Positions 28,212 through 38,671 of a stretch of 64,000 nucleotides of DNA are shown piece by piece (within the stretch, counting starts at the first letter, position 1; every line of letters starts with the position of its first letter). The notes under the pieces were generated by a model, which was given only the letters and a program-made list of their open reading frames with translations, was not told where the DNA came from and did no database searches. The stretch is taken from the NCBI GenBank assembly GCA_023382385.1, contig JAHDVH010000002.1, positions 4,957-68,956 on the forward strand. Reading direction: 5' to 3'. A program made the position numbers and the translations under genes. The DNA comes from a bacterium. Lineage in GTDB: Bacteria > Electryoneota > RPQS01.

Positions 28212-30926
28212 ATGGCAGATTTGTCATTTTTGGTGAATGCGGATCCAGGGGTACTGGATGACATCTACGAGAAATATCGCCACGATCCGGACACTCTTGA
28301 TCTGGGTTGGCGGCGCTTCTTCGAAGGGTTCGACTTTGCGCGCACCCTGAACGGGGCCATTGCGCAACAAAGCCCAGAGGAGTTTGAAAAAGAGTTCAAG
28401 GTCATCAACCTGATCGCGGCTTATCGACAGCGCGGGCATTTGTTCACGAAGACGAATCCCGTACGCAAGCGTCGCGACTACGATGGCAAACTGACACTCG
28501 AAAACTTCGAACTGACAGAGAAGGATCTCGACAGGACGTTTCAGGCAGGAACACGAGTAGGTCTTGGACCGACCACACTTCGCGAGATCATCAAGCTCCT
28601 CGACGAGACGTATTGCCATTCCGTCGGTGTGGAATGGATTTTCATGCGCGACCCGAAGGTCTTGCAGTGGTTGCAGGATCGGATGGAGAGCAATCGAAAT
28701 CGGCGGCACTTCACGTTGGAAGCCAAGCGGCACACTCTGAACATGCTGACGAAAGCGGTTCTGCTGGAGAAGTTCCTGCATCAGCGGTTCGTCGGTCAGA
28801 AGCGGTTTTCGCTTGAAGGCCTTGAGACTTTTGTCCCTGCAATGGATGCAATCGTTGAACGCGGCGCACTGCTCGGCATTCGAGAGTTTGTGATCGGTAT
28901 GGCACATCGCGGACGGCTGAACATCCTGTCAAACGTGCTCGGCAAGGACTACCGGCACATCTTCAATGAGTTTGAGGGCAAGCAGTACACAGATGCAGCC
29001 TTCTCCGGCGATGTGAAGTATCACCTCGGACATTCCTCCGACTTGCACACCAACGCTGGAATGCCGGTGCACGTCACAGTGATGCCAAATCCATCGCACT
29101 TGGAGGCAATCAATCCCGTCGTCGCCGGAGTATGTAGAGCGAAGTCGGATACCCGGCACAACGGTGATCACCAGAAGGTGTTACCGATATTCGTGCACGG
29201 CGATTCAGCAATCGCAGGACAAGGAATTGTCTATGAGCTGCTGCAAATGTCGCAGGTGGACGCATATAAGAACGGCGGCAGTCTACATATCGTGCTGAAT
29301 AATCAAGTCGGCTTCACGACCAATTATATCGAGGCGCGTTCGAGCACGTATTGCACAGACGTTGGCAAGACCACGCTCTCACCGGTGTTTCACGTGAACG
29401 GGGACGACGTGGAAGCCGTGATTTACACGGTCGAATTGGCGCTCGAGTTCCGACAGGAATTTCAGCGCGACGTGTTCATCGACATTCTCGGATATCGCAA
29501 GCATGGCCATAATGAGGGCGATGAGCCGCGCTTCACGCAGCCCGTGCTCTATAAGGCGATTGCCGCTCACCCGGATCCGATGCAGATCTATGCGCAGAAG
29601 CTTGCCGACGAAGGGTCGATTTCAACCGAAGAATCCAAGCAGATAGAGAAAGACTTTCGTGCACGTCTCGAATCGGATTTCAAGACATCCAAAGACGTCT
29701 TTGAAACGATGGCCCCGAGTTTCTTGAAGGAACGCTGGGAAGGCTATCGTTTTGCAAAAGATGAAGACTTCAGGCATTCCCCTGAAACAGGCATCGACCC
29801 TAAAGATCTCAAGCGCATAGCTCTTGCGATTACCAAACTGCCGGAGGGCATGAAGTTCTTCAGTAAGCTTGAGCGCATCTTCGCCGATCGCCGCAAGATG
29901 ATTACCGAAGGACGGTTCGACTGGGCGATGGGTGAACTGCTGGCGTACGCAACGCTCGCCGAAGAGGGATTTCGCGTCCGGCTGTCCGGCCAGGATTCGA
30001 AACGCGGGACGTTTTCGCATCGTCACTCGATGCTGCGGTTGGAAGATTCTGATGAAGAGTATTACCCCCTTCAGCACATCAGTTCGAAACAAGCTCCCGT
30101 TGAGATTTATAATTCAATCCTGAGCGAATACGGCTGCATGGGCTTTGAATACGGTTATGCCATGGCGACCCCGAAAGCGCTCGTGCTTTGGGAAGCTCAG
30201 TTCGGAGACTTTGCAAACGGCGCTCAGATCATCATTGATCAGTTTATCGCAGGTGCAGAGCAGAAGTGGCGGAGGGCGAATGGACTTGTCCTGCTATTGC
30301 CTCACGGCTCCGAGGGTCAGGGACCGGAGCACTCGTCGTGTCGCGTAGAACGATTTCTGGAAATGTGTGCGGGCACAAACATGCAGGTCGTCGCGGGGAC
30401 GTCTCCCGCAAATATGTTCCACGTGTTACGGCGGCAGATGCACCGTCCACTACGAATCCCCTTGATTGTTCTGACTCCGAAGAGTCCTTTGCGGCACCCT
30501 CTTTGTGTAAGCCCCATCGACGATTTCGCGACCGGCACGCGGTACCAAGAGATTATAGATGACACATGGGCAACACCAAGCAAAGTAAAACGCGTGGTCC
30601 TATGCATGGGCAAGTTCTACTTTGATCTGATAAAAAAGCAGCGCGATGGGAATCGGAAAGACGTTGCCTTAGTGCGACTGGAGCAGATTTTTCCCCTTCC
30701 GACCACGCAGTTGGAGACGTTGATCGCACGGTATCCAAAGGCAGAGTTCGTTTGGGCGCAGGAGGAACCTGAAAACCAAGGTTGCTGGCCGTACCTTCTG
30801 CGCAAGTTTGATTTAACAAAGCTTCGAGTAATATCACGACCAGAGTTCTGCACGCCGTCGGTGGGCTTCCCTGACTTGCACGAGAAGGAACTCGCGGCAC
30901 TCGTGGACAAGGTTTTTGAGCTGTAA
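28212..30926 (+). CDS. sucA: 2-oxoglutarate dehydrogenase E1 component
   Basis: Canonical SucA N terminus (NADPGVLDDIYEKYRHDPDTLDLGWRRFFEGFDF). About 900 aa. Followed directly by E2 and E3 genes. Confidence 0.9.
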   Translation: MADLSFLVNADPGVLDDIYEKYRHDPDTLDLGWRRFFEGFDFARTLNGAIAQQSPEEFEKEFKVINLIAAYRQRGHLFTKTNPVRKRRDYDGKLTLENFELTEKDLDRTFQAGTRVGLGPTTLREIIKLLDETYCHSVGVEWIFMRDPKVLQWLQDRMESNRNRRHFTLEAKRHTLNMLTKAVLLEKFLHQRFVGQKRFSLEGLETFVPAMDAIVERGALLGIREFVIGMAHRGRLNILSNVLGKDYRHIFNEFEGKQYTDAAFSGDVKYHLGHSSDLHTNAGMPVHVTVMPNPSHLEAINPVVAGVCRAKSDTRHNGDHQKVLPIFVHGDSAIAGQGIVYELLQMSQVDAYKNGGSLHIVLNNQVGFTTNYIEARSSTYCTDVGKTTLSPVFHVNGDDVEAVIYTVELALEFRQEFQRDVFIDILGYRKHGHNEGDEPRFTQPVLYKAIAAHPDPMQIYAQKLADEGSISTEESKQIEKDFRARLESDFKTSKDVFETMAPSFLKERWEGYRFAKDEDFRHSPETGIDPKDLKRIALAITKLPEGMKFFSKLERIFADRRKMITEGRFDWAMGELLAYATLAEEGFRVRLSGQDSKRGTFSHRHSMLRLEDSDEEYYPLQHISSKQAPVEIYNSILSEYGCMGFEYGYAMATPKALVLWEAQFGDFANGAQIIIDQFIAGAEQKWRRANGLVLLLPHGSEGQGPEHSSCRVERFLEMCAGTNMQVVAGTSPANMFHVLRRQMHRPLRIPLIVLTPKSPLRHPLCVSPIDDFATGTRYQEIIDDTWATPSKVKRVVLCMGKFYFDLIKKQRDGNRKDVALVRLEQIFPLPTTQLETLIARYPKAEFVWAQEEPENQGCWPYLLRKFDLTKLRVISRPEFCTPSVGFPDLHEKELAALVDKVFEL

Positions 30927-30975
30927 TACACCGACAAGATCGGATAATCTTGCGTGAGAACCAGAATAGAACAAA

Positions 30976-32271
30976 ATGCTTGACGTAAAAGTCCCCAGTC
31001 CCGGCGAATCAGTAAATGAAGTCACCCTTTCACAGTGGCTCAAGGCCGATGGTGCTTTCATTGAAATGAATGATGAATTGTTTGAGATCGAGTCCGAGAA
31101 GGCGACGCTTTCTGTATCGGCTGAAAGCAGCGGCGTACTGAAGATTATTGTACCGGAAGGAACAACGGTACAGGTTGGAACAGTTGCCGCGAAAATCGAC
31201 GATTCAGCCAAAGCGGGTGATGCACCGGCAAAGGCAGAGTCTAAGCCTTTGCAGACTGCGCAACTCTCTGTCACTCCACCTTCGGCGCCAAGCTCCAAAA
31301 CTGCTGCCATCGCATCTCCCGCCGCAGAAAAGATCTTACGCGAGGCAGGCGTATCGCCTGCGGACGTCTCAAACGGAAGCGGCCGCGGCGGAAGGTTGAC
31401 GAAAGAGGATGCTCTGCGCGCCGTGACAACTGGTTCGGCAACCCCAGCGCCTGTGACAAATGCACCAGCCACAATAAGTATTCCGGTTGCCGGTGTTCCT
31501 GCCGCTGCTCCTCAGAAAGCGCCTGCTTCACACTTGCCGCCTCAGGCACCCAAGATTCAGTTCGCCGGTGATCGACTCGAACGTCGCGAAAAGATGACCA
31601 ACCTGCGCCAAAAGGTTGCAGAGCGCTTAGTCTCCGTCAGGCAAACGACCGCGATGCTCACGACCTTCAATGAGATTGACATGTCTCACTTGATGCAGGT
31701 GCGCAAGGAATACAAGGACAAATTCCAAGAAGCTTACGGTGTCAAGCTTGGTTTTATGTCGTTCTTTACGAAAGCCGTGACCGAAGCGCTACGCTATTTC
31801 CCTGCGATTAACGCGTTCATCGAAAAAGATGAAATCGTTTATCATGATTTTGTCGACATTGGTGTCGCCGTTCAGGCGCCAAAGGGATTGGTCGTTCCGG
31901 TCGTGCGGAATGCGGAGAGTCTGTCACTCTGGCAGATTGAGGCCGAAATCGAACGCCTTGCCTCACGTGCGCGAAACAACCAGTTGACGATAGACGAGAT
32001 GACCGGTGGAACGTTTACGATCTCAAACGGTGGAGTCTTCGGATCGCTGATGTCCACGCCGATTTTGAATCCACCTCAAAGCGCAATACTTGGTATGCAC
32101 AAGATAGAAGAGCGGCCCATCGCATTGAACGGTCAGATCGTGATTCGACCCATGATGTATGTTGCGATGAGTTATGATCATCGGATCATTGACGGACGCG
32201 AATCTGTGGGCTTTCTGGTTCGCGTGAAAGAGTATCTCGAGAATCCCGTGCGCCTGCTTTTGCAAGTGTAA
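30976..32271 (+). CDS. sucB: Dihydrolipoyllysine-residue succinyltransferase (2-oxoglutarate dehydrogenase E2)
   Basis: Lipoyl domain ([12 protein letters not shown]), Ala/Pro-rich linker, and catalytic domain with the DHRIIDG motif. Confidence 0.9.
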   Translation: MLDVKVPSPGESVNEVTLSQWLKADGAFIEMNDELFEIESEKATLSVSAESSGVLKIIVPEGTTVQVGTVAAKIDDSAKAGDAPAKAESKPLQTAQLSVTPPSAPSSKTAAIASPAAEKILREAGVSPADVSNGSGRGGRLTKEDALRAVTTGSATPAPVTNAPATISIPVAGVPAAAPQKAPASHLPPQAPKIQFAGDRLERREKMTNLRQKVAERLVSVRQTTAMLTTFNEIDMSHLMQVRKEYKDKFQEAYGVKLGFMSFFTKAVTEALRYFPAINAFIEKDEIVYHDFVDIGVAVQAPKGLVVPVVRNAESLSLWQIEAEIERLASRARNNQLTIDEMTGGTFTISNGGVFGSLMSTPILNPPQSAILGMHKIEERPIALNGQIVIRPMMYVAMSYDHRIIDGRESVGFLVRVKEYLENPVRLLLQV

Positions 32272-32298
32272 GGTGCGCAACTTAATCCAAACCTCATT

Positions 32299-33699
32299 AT
32301 GAAATACGATCTTGCAGTCATCGGGTCAGGACCCGGCGGCTACGTAGCAGCAATTCGCGCAGCACAGCTCAACATGAAAGTTGCCGTCATCGAGCGTTAC
32401 CCAACACTTGGCGGCACCTGCCTGAACGTGGGATGCATTCCATCGAAAGCATTGCTCGATTCATCAGAGCTTTATCACACTGCGGAGAAGCACTTTTCAA
32501 CTCACGGAATCGGTGTGGGTTCATTGAAGCTTGATTGGGATACTATGCGTGCCCGCAAGGATAAAGTCGTGGAAGACAATGTCAAGGGTGTCGCATACCT
32601 GATGAAGAAGAACAAGATTGACGTCATAACTGGACATGCCACGCTGGTCGGCATGGGCACGATAAGTGTTGCTGCGGCGGATGGCAAGCATTCCGAGGTT
32701 TCCTTCACGAACGTTATCTTGGCAACCGGCTCGAAGCCCGCCGATCTGCCCTTTGCGAAGATTGACAAGGAGCGCATAATCAGTTCCACTGAAGCACTCG
32801 CGCTGAAATCGGTGCCGAAGGAATTGGTCATCATCGGCGCGGGTGTAATCGGATGCGAGATGGGCTCCGTGTTTGCGCGTCTTGGGACAAAGGTGAGAAT
32901 TGTCGAGTTCTTGAACTCCGCAATCCCGACCATGGACGGCACAATGGGCAAGGAGTTGGGCAAGTCGCTGAAGAATCTTGGTATTGAGCTTTACCTCGGT
33001 CACAAGGTGAAATCGGTTGAAACCAAGGGCAAGAAGGTGAAAGTGGTCGCTGAGTCCGTGAGCGGCGAGGACGTTGAATTGCCGGGTGATTACTGTCTGA
33101 TGGCCGTAGGACGCAGGCCCTTCACGGAAAAGCTCGGGCTTGAGAGCGTAAAGATTTCGACTGACAATCGGGGATTCATAAAGGTCAACGAGCAGCTTGA
33201 GACTGCTTATCCGGGCATCTATGCAATCGGCGATGTTATTGGCGGCGCGATGCTTGCACACAAGGCGGAAGAGGAAGGCGTATTTGTGGCGGAACGACTG
33301 GCCGGTCAGAAGCCGCATATTAATTACAGGGCAATTCCGTGGGTAGTCTACACATGGCCGGAAGTCGCGGGCGTGGGTTTCACAGAGGAAGAATTGAAGC
33401 AATCGGGGCGTGAGTACAAAGTAGGCAGTTTCTCCTATCGGGCCTTAGGACGCGCTCGGGCTGCCAATGAAACCGAGGGCGTCGTGAAAGTGCTCGCCGA
33501 CAAGAAGAATGATGAGATACTTGGCGTGCACATGTTTGGTGCACGGGCAGCTGATATGATAGCCGAGGCGGTTGTTGCAATTGAGTTCCGCGCAAGTGCG
33601 GAAGATATTGCACGCATGTCCCACGCGCATCCCACGTTCACAGAGGCAATGCGTGAGGCATGTCTGGCCGCAACAGAGAACCGCTCGATCCACTCGTAA
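32299..33699 (+). CDS. lpdA: Dihydrolipoyl dehydrogenase (E3)
   Basis: FAD motif DLAVIGSGPGGYVAAIRAAQLN. Redox-active disulfide block GGTCLNVGCIPSK. C-terminal dimerisation His-Glu region (HAHPTFTE). Confidence 0.9.
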   Translation: MKYDLAVIGSGPGGYVAAIRAAQLNMKVAVIERYPTLGGTCLNVGCIPSKALLDSSELYHTAEKHFSTHGIGVGSLKLDWDTMRARKDKVVEDNVKGVAYLMKKNKIDVITGHATLVGMGTISVAAADGKHSEVSFTNVILATGSKPADLPFAKIDKERIISSTEALALKSVPKELVIIGAGVIGCEMGSVFARLGTKVRIVEFLNSAIPTMDGTMGKELGKSLKNLGIELYLGHKVKSVETKGKKVKVVAESVSGEDVELPGDYCLMAVGRRPFTEKLGLESVKISTDNRGFIKVNEQLETAYPGIYAIGDVIGGAMLAHKAEEEGVFVAERLAGQKPHINYRAIPWVVYTWPEVAGVGFTEEELKQSGREYKVGSFSYRALGRARAANETEGVVKVLADKKNDEILGVHMFGARAADMIAEAVVAIEFRASAEDIARMSHAHPTFTEAMREACLAATENRSIHS

Positions 33700-33768
33700 G
33701 CTAATACGATAAGTGAGGATCCGCAGAAATAGACTGCCAAACGGAAGCAACTACTCCACAGAGGATTA

Positions 33769-34599
33769 ATGGGATTTGTCCGCTTAGAGGAATTCAGGGA
33801 GCGACCGGAACGTGAGATCAGGAAGGTCGTCTGTGTGATGCCGGCATACAACGCCGAACTCACGATTGAGAAGACACTTCGCTCGATTCCGGATGGCACT
33901 GTGAACGAATACATTCTTGTGGATGACTGTTCGAAAGATCGCACCGTTGAAGTAGCGAAGTCGCTCGGAATTACGGTTATCAAACACGAGCGAAACAAGG
34001 GTTACGGGGGAAATCAGAAAACCTGTTACGATGCGGCACTGGAAACGGGAGCGGACGTAGTGGTGATGATTCACCCGGACTATCAGTACGACGGAAGAAT
34101 CACTCCTGCCGTAGTCAGTCTCCTGAAGACAGGAACCGTAGATATAATTCTTGGTTCGCGCATTCGTTCTCGTCACGAGACGCTCGAGGGAGGCATGCCG
34201 AAATACAAGTACTTTTCGAACCGCGCCTTGACGATCTTTGAGAATGTGATGCTCGGACAGAATGCAGGAGATTTGCACACGGGATTTCGCGCCTACGCGC
34301 GTGAAGTTCTGGAAACCATCAATTATCACGCGAATTCCGATGATTTTGTGTTTGATTCGGAGTTTCTCGCGCAATCAGTGTATCATAAATTTCGGATTGG
34401 CGATGTGCCCATACCGACACGGTACTTTGACGAGGCCTCTTCCATCAACTTTCGTCGCAGCCTGCGGTATGGATTGGAGACCGTCAAAGTAATGTTTCAG
34501 TATAAACTTGCTCGGTGGGGAATGCTAAGTTCGCCCCTCTTCGAGAAGTCAGAAAGAGTATTTAATACGCCCCGCTCTGCTGTTTCGGGCAGCGCGTAG
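33769..34599 (+). CDS. Family 2 glycosyltransferase (dolichyl/polyprenyl-phosphate sugar synthase-like)
   Basis: GT-A N terminus [17 protein letters not shown]...[12 protein letters not shown] with the DxD-type region. Confidence 0.7.
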   Translation: MGFVRLEEFRERPEREIRKVVCVMPAYNAELTIEKTLRSIPDGTVNEYILVDDCSKDRTVEVAKSLGITVIKHERNKGYGGNQKTCYDAALETGADVVVMIHPDYQYDGRITPAVVSLLKTGTVDIILGSRIRSRHETLEGGMPKYKYFSNRALTIFENVMLGQNAGDLHTGFRAYAREVLETINYHANSDDFVFDSEFLAQSVYHKFRIGDVPIPTRYFDEASSINFRRSLRYGLETVKVMFQYKLARWGMLSSPLFEKSERVFNTPRSAVSGSA

Positions 34600-36128
34600 T
34601 GATTCAAATGCGCGCTGCGAATGTTGTGAAGGTTATGTATTTCGCGGCGTTTCTGGTTGCGCTGCTCTACGCAATTGTTCCGCGCTGGGGCGAGCAATCG
34701 GACATTTGGGAGACGGCGGCTGCAATTCAAGCGATTTCCGATTCACCATTTCAACCGCGGAATCCGCTCCTTGACTTGCCCGGGAATACTTCGCCTCGCT
34801 TCACCCCATACACGGTTGTCGCCGGAATTTCTGATCGGCTATTTGACCTGAAATTGTTCACAACAGTCGGTATATGGGGATTGATAAGTCTGGGATTATT
34901 TATCAGCGGATTGGCTCGCGTTGTGCGCACTCTGACCGATGACCGTCACGCGATGTTGTGGGTGCTTCCGGTGATGCTTCTGGGTTGGGGACATGGATAT
35001 GGTGAGGCAAACGCCTATCAAGCTGAACACTTCTTCCTGACTCTGCCGTATGTGGGTGCAATCACATACGGCATTTGTTTTCACGGACTGGCGGAATTGA
35101 ATCGCTTTCTCACGACCGGTTCGAAGCTCGGATTGATCGGATATACTCTGCTTGCCTGCCTCGCTTTCCTGACTCACCCGGTAACTGCACTGTTACTCTT
35201 TGTGGCCGCGTTCGCGTGGGCGATAGTTCGAAAAGGGCTCGCAGTCACCGCTCTGCTCCAGATTGTGCCCGTTCTCGCACTTGGTATCGCATTGCTCTGG
35301 CCTTACTTTGATTACGCAGACGCTTTATTCAAGGGTTCGACTGAGCAATGGTACAAGGTGAGATTGTTCGCTGATCAGTTCACCAAAGTCGGTCCGGCAC
35401 TACTGGGGCTTCCCGTTGCGTTCTACTTCGGTTTGCGTAAACGGCATCTTGAACTGGTGATTGCGCTTGGATGCTCCTGTGCGATCTATCTGCTAAGTTG
35501 GTTATTGGGGATTCAAATCGGCAGCCGCTTCATCTTTTACGGAGCGATTTTCTCGCATCTCTGCATTGCCCTGTTCTTTCTGGAGAGTGGGCTTTTTCGT
35601 CGTGGGTTTTTGCGCTTGCCAATCGTACGGACTGGAACCGTTATCGCACTATTAGTGGCCGTGATAGGTGTCGGAACGTATTATCGAGCGCGCAAGCTTG
35701 AGATGCAGTGGACGCCCGTGATACGTCATTACGAGGCGACTCAAGGAGACATATTGGAGCCGTGGGAAGACCTCCGCGATTTTCAAAGCTACTTGAACTC
35801 ATCTCACGTTGTAATGGTGGATGACACCTCTGGTTGGCGCATTCCAGCCGTAACAGGCGCTCGGCTGGTTGCCCAGGCAAAAGGGAATCCCCTGTTAATT
35901 GACGAGGTCAATCAACGCCGCATGGACGTTTCCCGTTTTTTCTATGAGTCAACGGATACAGAAGCACGTCAAGAACTTCTCCATAAGTATCACTGCACTC
36001 ACATTTTAGTTGACAATCGCTTGGCTCAGAAACTCGATCATGCTTTGAAAAGTGACTTAGAGGAGTTCGCGGACTTCGCCATCGCCAGACCTCCTTTTCA
36101 ACTTTACCGCGTGAAGAGACTTGACTAA
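34599..36128 (+). CDS. Polytopic integral membrane protein, possible GT-C-type glycosyltransferase; function unknown
   Basis: More than 10 hydrophobic helices. No catalytic motif recognised. Position immediately after the polyprenyl-phosphate-sugar synthase-like GT2 gene, with overlapping stop/start, suggests a lipid-linked sugar-utilising partner. GTG at 34599 or ATG at 34608. Confidence 0.4.
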   Translation: MIQMRAANVVKVMYFAAFLVALLYAIVPRWGEQSDIWETAAAIQAISDSPFQPRNPLLDLPGNTSPRFTPYTVVAGISDRLFDLKLFTTVGIWGLISLGLFISGLARVVRTLTDDRHAMLWVLPVMLLGWGHGYGEANAYQAEHFFLTLPYVGAITYGICFHGLAELNRFLTTGSKLGLIGYTLLACLAFLTHPVTALLLFVAAFAWAIVRKGLAVTALLQIVPVLALGIALLWPYFDYADALFKGSTEQWYKVRLFADQFTKVGPALLGLPVAFYFGLRKRHLELVIALGCSCAIYLLSWLLGIQIGSRFIFYGAIFSHLCIALFFLESGLFRRGFLRLPIVRTGTVIALLVAVIGVGTYYRARKLEMQWTPVIRHYEATQGDILEPWEDLRDFQSYLNSSHVVMVDDTSGWRIPAVTGARLVAQAKGNPLLIDEVNQRRMDVSRFFYESTDTEARQELLHKYHCTHILVDNRLAQKLDHALKSDLEEFADFAIARPPFQLYRVKRLD

Positions 36129-36178
36129 GGTTACTCACAGACTTGCGATGAGGAATGCTCCAATCGCGGAAGGCAATG

Positions 36179-38626
36179 ATGTGGCATAAACTCTTACTAT
36201 TCGGGTTAATGTTGCCGTCCATCGTCTGGGCTGATGCGACGTTAGCTGAGCGTGCGGAACAGATCCGCCTTCAGAAGTCTGATCGTCTGCAAGAACTTTC
36301 GCTCAATGGTGATTCCGAATTGGAAAGCTGGATGGAGAGCTTAAGAACGTACCAATTCTCTTCATTTCGCGAACAATTGCCACGAATTCTCCAGTCCGGC
36401 GCGGACAAGCCGATCTGCGAACCACTGATTGCCTGGTATCTTCTCACCGAGGATTTGGCGACTCTCGAACAGTGGGCGTCAGTTAGTTCGTGTCCTTCAG
36501 TTGCCGAAGGAGAACTTGCTCTTTCCGTGCTTGACCTGACTCGCGCAGACAGTCTGTTTCGTCTTGCACTTGAGGACAGCACACTTGCAAATTTGCGATT
36601 AGCCAAGATCGGCTTGTCGAAGGTGCTGCAGAAGCAACAAAAGTATCAAGAAGCTCTTGACATTCTGCTGACTGCCTGGAACAATGAACAGCTATCCGAC
36701 GAAGTCATCTTCCAAGCCGCGCTTTGCAAGCAGCGGTTGGGCGAGACAAGCGAGTCTATGGACCTATTGGAGGAAGTCCTGCGCTGGAACGAGTTTCACG
36801 AACTGGGACACTACTATCTCGGAAACGGCTATGCGCGCAAGAAATATTCGGAACTTGAGTCATCAAGTGAATACCTGAAATGTGACGGCACCGCTCCGTG
36901 CGCTCGCGACTTTGTTGTTGACGGTTCCGCTGAATGGATGCTTGGCGAATATGAAGCGGCACTCGAACACTTCAAGGAAGCTCTGCGGCTGGTTCCTGAT
37001 TATGGGCGCGCTCACAACGGGGTTGCGAAGTGTTTGGAGCAGCTCCGGCTGCGCGAAAACATCTATCGAGATGCGGATCAAGCCGCTTTCGACGCGAAAC
37101 CCATTCCCGCGATTCCCTTAATCGATCAGTACGTCTTGAACTGGGAGTCATTGTCGGAGCGCCACAAAAAGCAGGTGGCTATCTCGGTCGAACCTTGGAG
37201 AGATTATATCCCTGTGCTAGTGGCGACGGGTAGTCATCATTACATAAAGCCGTTGCACGAGAAGTTGTCGGAGTGTCCGGGACTCGAGACTATCGCCGAC
37301 CAGCGCATTAGTTATGATTCACGATTGTGGGATGACGTGCGCGGTTGCGGAGGTTATACGACCGTTACGGGAGTCGAGGATGTCGAGCGCTCGATATACA
37401 ACAGATACAACACTGTGCTTCATGAGTTAACGCATCAGGTGCACGGCGTGTTTCCGCCGGAAGATGTCCAGAGAATCGAGGAACTCTACCGCGAGTCGAG
37501 TGCCAGAGATGCCGCAGGCGAGGAAGTGTTTGTCAGCCGCTACCAAGGGTCAAGTGTGTGGGAGTACTTTGCAGAAGGGATGAATTCCTACTTCTCGCCG
37601 CGTAGGAATAAGTTCGACACTCGGGAAATCACAAAAGAGCGTCTGTTCAAACTGGACCATAAGTTGGTTCAATTGCTCGAGTTCTACATGACCGCTCCAA
37701 ATGTCGAGGATTGCTACCCTGTGGGATACGTAAATGCCGCGCAGAATGAAGTCGAACAGGGTAATCTGGATTCGGCAATGGAATACGCGAGACAAGCGGA
37801 AGCACGAGCACGCGACTCAGAGGTCGTTCTGCGGGCACTGGCACAGATTTCCTCGTACAAAGCCGATAACAGTGCGTCTGTCACCTTCGCACGCAAGTCC
37901 GTTGAATTGTATCCCGACAAAGCAGCATCCCACGCTCAGTTAGCCTGGTCGCTACTGTTCCAGAATGGTAGTTTTCAATCCGCGCTTGACGTCCTTACCC
38001 AAGGATTATCCGTAACTTCCGGTTCGGAGCGGACCCAGTTGTTGCGCGATGTGGCAGGAATGCAATTGGCCTCTGGCTTTTTTGACGAAGCTGTCGTAAA
38101 TTACAAAAATGTGTTGGCCAAGCAAAGCACAGACGATGCTGCATTGCGTGGCTACGCCGAAGCGCTCTTCTGGGATGGGCAGCTTCAGGCTGCGGATTCT
38201 GTATACCGTGTAGCAATCAAGCGGCGTAGCGGCGTAGCCGGACTAAGACTTGAATATGCACGCTTGCTGCTGTTCAGCGGAAGAACAGATGAGGCGCGAG
38301 ATCAGATTAACGAGGCCGACCTACTCAAGCCAAACGATGGGCGTGTCATCATCCACCGGGCATGGCTCGAACATGAAACAGACAGTTCCACCGCTCGACC
38401 TCTGGTGCTTGCCGCATTAAGACAATACCCGGACGATGCATTAGTTCAGGCGATTTCTGCGAACCTGCTTGGAGAACAGACCAGACAGGCCTTAATTTCT
38501 GAAACGAAGAGTGCTGTGCCTGTTTGGGTATACAACCCATCCGAAAGTGCTTATGAAGCGAGGCATTATTGGGACGCTCCCTCGCTGAAGATACTACATA
38601 ACGGACTTTCCAAGTCCTCCCAATAG
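36179..38626 (+). CDS. Secreted TPR-repeat protein with an embedded HExxH zinc-metallopeptidase-like motif
   Basis: Signal peptide MMWHKLLLFGLMLPSIVWA. Multiple TPR-like helical repeats at both ends. Central block NTVLHELTHQVHG...EYFAEGMNSYF (HExxH plus a downstream Glu). Confidence 0.55.
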   Translation: MWHKLLLFGLMLPSIVWADATLAERAEQIRLQKSDRLQELSLNGDSELESWMESLRTYQFSSFREQLPRILQSGADKPICEPLIAWYLLTEDLATLEQWASVSSCPSVAEGELALSVLDLTRADSLFRLALEDSTLANLRLAKIGLSKVLQKQQKYQEALDILLTAWNNEQLSDEVIFQAALCKQRLGETSESMDLLEEVLRWNEFHELGHYYLGNGYARKKYSELESSSEYLKCDGTAPCARDFVVDGSAEWMLGEYEAALEHFKEALRLVPDYGRAHNGVAKCLEQLRLRENIYRDADQAAFDAKPIPAIPLIDQYVLNWESLSERHKKQVAISVEPWRDYIPVLVATGSHHYIKPLHEKLSECPGLETIADQRISYDSRLWDDVRGCGGYTTVTGVEDVERSIYNRYNTVLHELTHQVHGVFPPEDVQRIEELYRESSARDAAGEEVFVSRYQGSSVWEYFAEGMNSYFSPRRNKFDTREITKERLFKLDHKLVQLLEFYMTAPNVEDCYPVGYVNAAQNEVEQGNLDSAMEYARQAEARARDSEVVLRALAQISSYKADNSASVTFARKSVELYPDKAASHAQLAWSLLFQNGSFQSALDVLTQGLSVTSGSERTQLLRDVAGMQLASGFFDEAVVNYKNVLAKQSTDDAALRGYAEALFWDGQLQAADSVYRVAIKRRSGVAGLRLEYARLLLFSGRTDEARDQINEADLLKPNDGRVIIHRAWLEHETDSSTARPLVLAALRQYPDDALVQAISANLLGEQTRQALISETKSAVPVWVYNPSESAYEARHYWDAPSLKILHNGLSKSSQ

Positions 38627-38671
38627 AATTGGGCTGATTGCTGTGACCGACAACGGAACAGGAGATAGACT

